A DNA stretch of 62,088 bases, the filler included, from Pirum gemmata (lineage: Eukaryota), in NCBI GenBank assembly GCA_002812295.1. It is 13 parts of 13 records of this genome, joined end to end, with 100 filler letters (N's around TTAATTAATTAA, not from the genome) between each part and the next. Parts side by side here need not be neighbours in the genome. Positions count along the whole stretch, not along the records: positions 52,890 to 57,425 come from PDIN01001072.1; positions 57,526 to 62,088 come from PDIN01001073.1; 11 more parts are not named here. One strand, written 5' to 3'. The translations under genes were made by a program, and so were the position numbers. Positions 53,037 through 62,088 of this stretch are shown here, piece after piece. Position 1 is the stretch's first letter. The number at the start of each line of letters is the position of its first letter. Under the pieces are notes generated by a model, which did no database searches, had not been told where the DNA came from, and saw only the letters and a list, made by a program, of their open reading frames with translations.

Positions 53037-55080
53037 AATAATTAGTGTACAACCTGTCAACACTATCTGATAGCTACTATCAGATACTATCAGATAGTGT
53101 AGTCACTGTAGTGTACAAACCCTAAAATCAGCTGAATTCATAACCTCTAGTCCTAGCTAGTCTACTCACTCAGTTCTCATCGAGCCAACGCTGTAGACTA
53201 TCAACGATGGAGTCTGCCCACTGTCTGAGTCTGTCTCAATGTCTGGACCTACCTATTATCCATACTAGCTATGATACTAAGCTAGTACAATAATAATGGT
53301 GTTGATATTTTTACTTATTTTTAATAAAACGCGTAATAAGTTGCATAGTTTTCTTTTTAATTCATATGTAACATCAATGGTATGAACACAGAGTGGTTAT
53401 TCAAGTTGTTATATAAACCTCGTTTGCAGTTTTGAATTGTTTGATTTTTTTTAATTTCACAAAATTTACTCAAAATTCAATCCTTGTTTTGCTAGACTAA
53501 TATGAATATCATAATGTAGTGTGATAATAAACAGGATTATGGTATCATATCAATAATATGATAATAGTAGTCTATACTGTGATTGTAGAATTTGTAGTTA
53601 TAACCAATATGATAAGTTATTATCGATATTTTACTAAATTATAACATTTAATATTGTACATCAAAGAGTAGTAGTCTAGCTAGCCTAGCTAGTCTTGATC
53701 ACAGCTTTTTACTATAGTAGTAGCTAGCTAGTATGATAGTAGCAATCTATTAGCTGGGGCTGCAGTGCTGCACCCACTGAACTGATGAAAGTAGTGTGAT
53801 GAAAAAAAAAACTCCACGCAACCGATGAATCTGCAGCGATGAATCTCGGGCTGATCTTGAAAAAGATTCTAGAATTGGGAAACAAACTTCGTACTGAGCA
53901 CTTTTTGTTCACTTTTTTGAAATTTTGAGCCTTTTTGAGCCACTTTTTTTTTTTTTTTTTTTCACCAGCAAAAACGGACGGAGTCTAGATCTAGACTCTA
54001 TATGTCTAGCTACTACCAATTTCCGGGCAAGTACTGCTTCAAATACCCCTACCTACCTTCCCCTTGACGTTAATTTCCGGCCAAATACCACCTACCTACC
54101 TACCCCTTGACCTGACGTATTATTTGAACACTCCCCACGTAACGCCAATTTCCAGTCAAATACAGCTTCAAACACCCCTACCTACCTACCCCTTGACGTT
54201 AATTTCCGGTCAAATACCACCTACCTACCTACCACTTGACNNNNNNNNNNNNNNNNNNNNNNNNNNNNNNNNNNNNNNNNGTGCTTTTCAGTTGTTTTGT
54301 CATCATAAAATAGTTCCAAATTAATACAATATAAATCCATTTAATTTAATTTGGTATATTTTATTATCTATGTATTGATTTAAAAATGTCAAATTAAATA
54401 TTATAACCCTCCAAATAAATTTTCGGAGTGACAAAATAAATGAAAGGCAGAGTAGGCAGAGAGTAGTCTAGAATACTACTCGAAAAATATCGACATCCGC
54501 CATATCAAATCCAAAAAATCTCAAAATGATCCAATTTTAATAAAAGTAGTACCAATTATTGATAAATAATTTAACTAAGAAAACTCTATTATGAACCAAT
54601 AGCCAGTTTTAATAATAATTTGGCTAGTTATTATTAAAGTCTTTAGAAAAGAAGCCCAAAAACATGATTTCTACAGGTTTTTTTAAAAATAAAAATCTCT
54701 GCTCCAAAGAATTTCCACCAGAAGTCAAACTAAAAATTTTTGAACACAGACAAACTTGCAAAACTAGCTATGATAAGTTCTATGATATTGGTATATAGCT
54801 AGCTAGAGTAGAATATAGAATGGCTATCCCACATCATATCATATCATATGATATATATTTAAAAAAAAAAAGTAGTGTAGTTTATCAAAACGTTTTTGAT
54901 CAATCATTTTTTTTTTAAATCATTATAATAATTGTTGATGCAACATTAATAACAAACCTGCCAACAATATTTCCAACAATAAGTACACTACCAACCCAAC
55001 AACACCAACACCAGCACCATCCTCAAGAAAAACACCATCATACGATAACCATAACTCAACCTAATATATAATATATAATA

Positions 55081-55147
55081 TATAGACGCTAATATGATTA
55101 TTTACATTCTTAAATTATGTAAATAATCATATTAATTAACGTCTATA
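55081..55147. repeat. Foldback mini-element sharing termini with the 21930 palindrome
   Basis: TATAGACG...AATTAACGTCTATA outer ends; inner 18-bp perfect arms 55090-55107 / 55117-55134. Confidence 0.75.
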
Positions 55148-57180
55148 TATATAGCAAAATTTCCGTTATTTTCGACATCCCCCTCCTGGTCTATTGAATA
55201 ACTAATAAAATAAAAAATAAATTATCGTGCTTTTCAGTTATTTTGTCATCATAAAATATATACTAAATAGTACCAAATTAATACAATATAAATCCATTTC
55301 ATTTAATTTGGTATATTTTATTATATATTTATTTATTTAGAAGTATCAATTTAAATATTACAAACGGCCAAATAAATATTTTGAGTGACAAAATAAATGA
55401 AAAGCACAATATCATACAAGTTACTGTATTGATAGTATTGACTAGTAGTAGGACTAGTAGTAGTCAGTCACTAGCTAGCTAGCTAGCTATGATACTAGCT
55501 AGTAGTAGTAGGGTAGTAGTACCAGTATTCATATTAAAAAAATTATCTATGATATTAAATGCATAGACTAAAACTTGTGTTACTGTTGTTGTGTTTCTTG
55601 GTTTGACAGCTGACTGGCTAGTAGACTAGCTAGCTACAGTAGCTACTAGCTAGTAGCTAGCTGCTCTACTACTATGATACTATTGTGCTTTTCATTTATT
55701 TTGTCACTCCGAATATTTATTTGGTTGTTTATAATATTTAAATTGATACTTTTAAATAAATAAATATATAATAAAATATACCAAATTAAATGAAATGGAT
55801 TTATATTGTATTAATTTGGTACTATTTTATGACGACAAAATAACTTTTCACGATACCATAGACTACTAGGGAGCGTTCAAATACGTCAAGGGGTAGGTAG
55901 GTAGGTGGTATTTGACCGGAAATTAACGTCGAGGGGTAGGTAGGTAGGGGTATTTGAAGCTAGCTAGTCTAGCTACTGTAGACGATGGTGTAGCTACCTA
56001 GCTACAGTAGCTAGCTAGACTACCGACTGAGACTACCGATTTACTTGAGTGTTACTTGGCTGTATTCTCTGTGGCTTTATTGGTTGTTAGAAAAAAAAGA
56101 AAGGAAACGCACGAATGAAAAAGGCTGTTCGACATTCCTTTTGAAATTCTTGCCAAAAAAAATGAAAAAAATGAAGCGAGAAGAATGAAGCAAAAACAGC
56201 TAAACTGACTCTAAAGAACAGTATTATACTGTGAGCCTAGTATGAGCTGACTCTGAGTGAGCTGACTGGACTGTCGACTGTACAAAACAATACAATTATA
56301 CAAAACCTAAACCTCAAAAGCTAACAGTCACTTATAGTCTATATATGGTGAGACCCTACATGGTGCTATATAGTCAAAGACTCCATTTTCATGGAGTCTT
56401 TGCTATATCATAATTATATCGATACAGAATTGAGTGCATAAAGTGTGCATAATACATTAATACTTGCATAATACTAGCTAGGCTATATTAAATCATAGAT
56501 TATCAGGCATAGATAGACTAGCTAGTTCTAGTAGACTAGCTAGTCTATAGCAAGAGCTTGAGCTCTTGAGCTGTGAAAAAACCTCAAAAAAAAGAGTCCA
56601 AAAAGAAGGAAAAAGAGCCCAAAAAAAGGAAAAAGTGTCAAAAAAAGACAGAAAAAAGCATAAATCATTTTTTTTTTAATTTTTTTTTGTAAAAACCTAG
56701 CCAAACTAGTATATTATTATTATCATTAGTCTATTATGATATTTTTTTTATGATAAAAATAGTGCAATTTTATAAAAATAATTTTATCATATCAAAAAAA
56801 AAAAATTTACTAATAGACTAAATATTTATCGATATAATTATGGCTAAAAAACTGCTAAAAATATGCCGCCTTTATATAGGCCTCTTTATATGCGGTGTAT
56901 TGACAAGTCTGTTCTCTGTTTTTTAACTCGATCATATTTTTTGAAAAGTTTCTAGACTCTATCAATGACTCTATCATAGCTGTGTGTTTCTAGTAGAGGT
57001 GCCGCATTTTTGGAGACTTTTTTTTTTTTAAATTCCGAGACTTTTGAGTTTTCAAAGTTGGAAATCGGAGACTTTTCATAGAAACGTCATCATCACCTCT
57101 GATTAGCAGGGTAGAATTTTCGGTGAGGTGGGATTTTACCCCCCAAAAAAAGTCTCCGAAAAAAGTCGAGAGTTTCAGCA

Positions 57181-57217
57181 AAAAGTCTAGATCAGGTCAA
57201 CCCTGATCTAGACTTTT
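57181..57217. repeat. Perfect hairpin, 16-bp arms with 5-nt loop
   Basis: AAAAGTCTAGATCAGG-TCAAC-CCTGATCTAGACTTTT. Another 12-bp hairpin at 56375-56402. Confidence 0.85.
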
Positions 57218-57360
57218 CAACAAAACGGAGACTTTTTCTGGAGACATTCGATTTTATTTTTTTCCCAAAAAAGCTATCGAACGAGAATATCGAGCTGCAT
57301 GTGTTTTTTTTTATTTTTTTTTTATTTTAGACTACATAATTTTTTCATTCATTCATTCAT

Positions 57361-57399
<39 letters not shown>

Positions 57400-57922
57400 T
57401 TTTATTCATTTATTTAATTTATTCANNNNNNNNNNNNNNNNNNNNNNNNNNNNNNNNNNNNNNNNNNNNTTAATTAATTAANNNNNNNNNNNNNNNNNNN
57501 NNNNNNNNNNNNNNNNNNNNNNNNNTTATTTATTTATTTATTTATTTATTAAGTAAATGTGTATAGTTGTGTTATTATTTGTATATAGTTGTGTTAAAAA
57601 ATATAAATAAGTTTTTTTGTTATTTTTTACATTTCATTTTATTAATTAAAAGTATATAGTTGTGTTAAAAAATATAATTAAGACGTTTTGTTATTTTTTA
57701 TTATTTTCATTTTATTAAGTAAATGTATAGTTGTATTATATACATATACCATTCTATTCCAAAATTCATCAGTACTACAATAGTTGACAAAACATTTAAG
57801 ACATTTGAAATTTATGAAATTCAGTACGATTTTATTCTTATTTTTTTGAGTTAAAATTGACACTTTTTTAGTATTTTACATACTTTTTAGGGTTTATATT
57901 CTTATATATATAACATTTTATT

Positions 57923-60741
57923 CTAAAAATCATCAGTACTACAATAGTTTCCATTCATATCATCATTGGTCGCCGAATACTCATTAGTATTTTCAGACAA
58001 CATGTGTTCCGTGCCTACTTTGCCTTCTTCGCCGTATTCCATAGCGAAAAACGGTACATCTGGACACATTTCGTCTTCCATTTTACCACCAGCAGCCATA
58101 AAGTCGGCATCAGATTGCAACTCAATCCCAGGGGCATCTTCGCCCAATAACTCTTTGATATTTTTCTTTTCTTTCATCTTTTCTTTACGTTTTCTGCAGT
58201 ATACTGCTAAACCGATACCAATGGCTATTAATACTACCGCACCAACCACCAAACCAATAATAATGGGTGTCCAGTTTCTTGGAGTGGGAGAACAATAACC
58301 ATCTTTAACGTCATACCCATCTTTACATACAGAGCAAGCAACCATACGAGTATTATCACCAATACAAGCATCACTCACATTAAGACAATTAACAGGTGTA
58401 GAAAGAGTTAAATTAGATAAACAGGATATACAAGAAGTGAAGTTCATTTTCGTATCAGTAACCAAGGTATGGTTTTTAACTGCATCACATGCAACACAAA
58501 CAGCTTGGTCGTTGGCGTCAAAGTAAATGTTAGCTTCTTTCGCGTTAAAATCACAAGTTATACACTCGGAATCTATTTTGGCCATAATATTACGATGGTT
58601 TTCCTTTTTAATTAATTTCTTACTATTTCCATCAGTGATAGAACAATCAAAATCAAAGACAGCTTTAGTTTTTGTAAAATTACCATTAGCTGCATGCAAA
58701 GCTTCGCGATTTTTACAACAATGCATATCATTCCCATTCAATTTGACAATACTATTAGGATTAGTGTATAACTGAGAGAACAAATCCATAGACATTTCAG
58801 CAATGTTGTTGTTACTAAGGTCTAGTACATTAAGGGTAGTTAAGGGTTTCAAGATTTCTTTACTAACACTATTTAAGTTATTATTTGCAAGGCGTACTTC
58901 CTCAAGGTTAGCATTATTAACAAAAACATTTTTGGGCAAAGTTGCAATGTGGTTGTCGTCTAAATTTAAAGTTTTTAAAGCAGTAAATTTGGCAAATGAA
59001 AAAGGTTTGTCATTTAGAAGTGCGCCTTTTAAATTTAACGCTTCGATGGTTGGAGGAATAAAATTATTAGCAGGATCCACAGGACTAACTTGTAAAGGGT
59101 TCCCATGTACATCAAAAACTTTTACAGTTAATGGAATAGAACCTGCAGTAATTTCTTTAATTTTGTTGTTATTCAGAAGATAGGTTATAAGGTTAGTGGT
59201 ACTTTTAACAATTTTCGATACATCTTCAATTGCATTGTTTCCTAAATCTAAATATACAAGTTTCGTAAAAAGCTCCAAGTTGGCATTTGCCGAAAATAAG
59301 TTGTTGTTTGACAATTTTAAAGTTGTTAAGGTTCCTTTGAAATCCTCCAATTTTTTAACATCAGTCACACTGTTGTTACTTAGATCTAATAATTCAAGGA
59401 CGGTATGGTTAGGGTTAGCTGCAGGACCTACAATTTGATTGTTGCGAGCGATAAGTGATTTGATTTGGTTATTTGAGATAGTATTTTTTGGCAAAGATGT
59501 TAAGGCATTGTTTGATAAATCCCTATTTTTAAAAAAATAAAAAAGATAAACAAGTTAGAGATTTTATTAGAAATCTTACATATTAAACAAATAATAATAA
59601 CAAAAAATAATAATAATTAATAATAAATAATAATAAATAATAATAAATAATAAAAAATAAAAATAAATAGTAATAAATAATAATTAATAATAAATAATAA
59701 TAAATAATAATAAATAATAATAAATAATAATAAATAATAATAAAATAATAATAAATAATAATAAATAATAATAAATAATAATAAATAATAATAAATAACA
59801 ATATAATAATAATATAATAATAATAACACTAATAATAATAATAATAACTAATAATAAACAATAACAATAATAAAAATAAATATTTAACATTTTACATAAT
59901 ACTTACAATTCAATATCTTTCATACTTAGATCAGCAGTAAACAAATCATCTACAACAGTTAAAATACCAAAATTACTTAAATCAATAACATTTGGACAAG
60001 CAGTCAATTTCGAGGCGGTACCGTCAAAAGTTAATTTTTTTGCAGCATCTAGCTTAAAAGAAAATCGACTGCAATGAATTTTTTCGTCGAAATTATAAGT
60101 AAGCCCATCAAATTGTTCTTTAGAAAATTCTGTTCTAATAACTTTACTATTTAAAATAGTTACTGTGTCCAAATTTTGTTTGACTTTTGCATCTTGAAAA
60201 AAAGTTTTAGAAATAGTCGTAAAAGGGTTGTTTGATAAATCTAAATCTGTTAAATTACCAATTTTCCAAATTCCTTTAATGTTATTCAAATCCGCAATAT
60301 CGTTATTGGCTAAATTTCTAAACACATTTTAAATAATACAAGTTATAATGAAATGTCAATAAGAATGATTATCGCAATAATAATAATAATAAATAATAAT
60401 AGAGAGTAATAGATTAAAAGCATTAACAACAATAACAATAACAATGCCAATAATTAAAACAACAATAATGATAATAATAATAATAATAAATAGTAACAAC
60501 AGAGACTTAAATAATAATAATAATAATAATAATGATAATAATAATAAAAATAATAATAATAATAGCAGTAACAAAAACAATAGCAAAAATACCAAAAAAA
60601 AAAAAAACAATAACTACTACTCTATTACTACTAATACTACTACTACTACTACCACTACTATATAATATAAATACAACTACTACTTCTACTTATTACTACT
60701 ACTACTACTACCTACAATTTCAAATTAATGTATAATATAAA

Positions 60742-60782
<41 letters not shown>

Positions 60783-62063
60783 TTTCAAATAATATATAAT
60801 GTAAACAAAAATATAATAATACTTACAATTTCACACCATTATCGTTTGTGATATTAGCTTGAGCGAAAAATTGAGGATCCAAAGCACGTATACCACAGGA
60901 TTCCGTTCCACACTTACTTAAATCAATAGATTTACAGTGTTGTAACGAATAGGTTCCCCCACTTGCACTTATCAAAAGTCTCAAAGTTTTATCATCATTC
61001 CCAAAATCAAAACCATTTATACCACACTTGAAAGAAGGGTCAAGTAAAGGCATTTGTACATTACTAGGATCATTTTTGTAATTAAGAATTAAAGGTTTGA
61101 AAATTCCATATTGTAAATGTTTGAAATCCAAAAAATAAAGTTCGGCCTCTTTTAATTTCATATTTACAAACATGTCTTTGGGAAAAGTTGTAAAATTGTT
61201 AAAAGACATTCTAAGACTAGTTAATTTCGTGAAATTGGATAGATCCGGACTTAGGAGTAAATTGTTTACATTAAGATTTATACTTTCAAGAGTATTTTTA
61301 TGTCTGTTACAATGAAAATTTAAATATAATTAGTATTATTATTATTATTTATTATTATTTATTATTATTTATTATTAGTTTTTATTAGTTATTATTATTT
61401 ATTATTAGCTATTATTAATTGTTATTATTCATTATTTATCATTATTTATCATTATTTATCATTATTTATTATTATTTATTATTATTATTTATTATTATTT
61501 ATTATTTATTATTATTTATTATTATTATCAATAATAATAATAATAAATCATTATTGTCATTATTAAATAATTATCTTAACTATTGCTTGATATTCACTAA
61601 TAGTTAGAAACCAAAAACTAACATACATACACACATAAAACAAACAAACAAACAAACATATACATAAACAAATAAATAATTAACAAAACTTACACAGCAA
61701 GTGCTCCAGGTTCAATAACTGTAATTTTGTTATTAGCTAAGTTAATTTTTTTCACCCCTTGAATACCATTAAATGCAGTGGCAGAGATTTTCTTTATATC
61801 ACCATTACCTTGCGGCCTACTGATCCAATCCTGAATTGGACTCTTCGTCTCTGTGCAAAACCAATAATTAGGAAAATCCGAAAATTTTCCTGTGGCGATT
61901 TGAAATGTTCTACGAAAATCGTACCAATCTTTTAATTTCAAATCCATAATATTATCATTACAAATCGGTCTGTTAGCACTGGCTGCGGGGTTTTTTCCCC
62001 CTAACTGAATTTCTTCACATACCTTGTCTGTAACAGAAGGAAGCAATCCTTTTAACTCACCAG
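57923..62063 (-). CDS. Leucine-rich-repeat, Cys-rich, single-pass receptor-like protein (5'-partial; exons 62063-61694, 61303-60827, 60317-59907, 59522-57923)
   Basis: Many LxxLxLxxN repeats; three phase-2 GTAAGT...AG introns restore one frame. LRR cap (LNGNDMHCC), CxxC-rich stalk, TM (IIIGLVVGAVVLIAIGIGLAVYC), basic stop-transfer and ~90-aa acidic tail. Confidence 0.92.
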
Positions 62064-62088
62064 CTGTATATAATATATAATATATAAT

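Larger units (their letters stand above)
22418..54672. repeat. Dispersed repeat family F (~170-200 bp), 4 copies
   Basis: Core CATTGGTTCATAATAGAG flanked by AAATCATTTTT..AGACTTCTTTT and AAAATTGGATCATTTTGAG, at ~22418-22590, 27366-27535, 50102-50306 and 54505-54672 (reverse). No clear TIRs seen. Confidence 0.75.
5145..55856. mobile_element. MITE family A (~190 bp, TIR TATCGTGCTTTTCA), ~17 dispersed copies
   Basis: Full copies at 20215-20403, 55223-55411, 38535-38750 and 5616-5790. Others near 5145, 6094, 6715, 7155, 8142, 19427, 36156, 37007, 37269, 49000, 49209, 54281 and 55681. Both orientations; shared core CCAAATAAATATTCNGAGTGACAAAATAAATGAAAAGCACGATA. Confidence 0.9.
7875..55960. mobile_element. 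Short Harbinger-like MITE family D, related to the 6335 element
   Basis: Core CGTCAAGGGGTAGGTAGGTAGGTGGTATTTGACCGGAAATTAACGTCGAGGGG at ~7875-8020, 35629-35755, 54033-54136 and 54137-54240 (reverse, tandem) and 55868-55960 (starts GGGAGCGTTCAAATA). Confidence 0.8.
4544..57525. other. Twelve artificial contig linkers N~44-TTAATTAATTAA-N~44
   Basis: Identical linkers at 4588, 9245, 13830, 19371, 25092, 29759, 34478, 39089, 43738, 48395, 52834 and 57470. The sequence gives stops in all six frames, and the contigs are of similar size. Confidence 0.97.

Noticed and set aside
4588..57481. Regularly spaced TTAATTAATTAA as a biological motif, or functional clustering of the elements
   Set aside because: Artificial six-frame-stop linker; contigs are not known neighbours.
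15658..59438. Plus-strand ORFs antisense to the LINE, glycosyltransferase and LRR genes
   Set aside because: Shadow frames with no motifs.
39097..61607. Low-complexity ORFs (poly-L/I/N, LFVVCC, IIIYYY, etc.)
   Set aside because: Translations of (ATT)n, (GTT)n, (TTGTTGT)n and similar microsatellites, many within introns.

Overview
AT-rich eukaryotic draft-genome DNA (GT-AG introns, TTAGGG repeats, abundant microsatellites). The window is about 13 unrelated ~4.3-5.6 kb contigs joined by artificial N-TTAATTAATTAA-N linkers, so adjacency across linkers carries no biological meaning. Main contents: (1) a Ty3/Gypsy-type LTR retrotransposon pol (RT-RNase H-DDE integrase) with an in-frame DIRS-type N6-adenine DNA methyltransferase domain (DLFA...NPPF) between RNase H and integrase, plus a probable PPT and 3' LTR; (2) a frameshifted Fanzor2/IS607-TnpB-like RNA-guided nuclease relic at 39730-40827 (-), absent from the ORF track, followed by a hairpin-rich candidate omega-RNA/right end; (3) an APE+RT LINE with an in-frame N-terminal RRM-like region; (4) host genes: a spliced LRR/Cys-rich single-pass receptor-like gene, an intronless fucosyltransferase-like gene and four partial spliced genes; (5) many MITE families, foldback palindromes, interstitial telomeric arrays and decayed tandem repeats. 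All domain calls come from reading motifs by eye; no searches were run.
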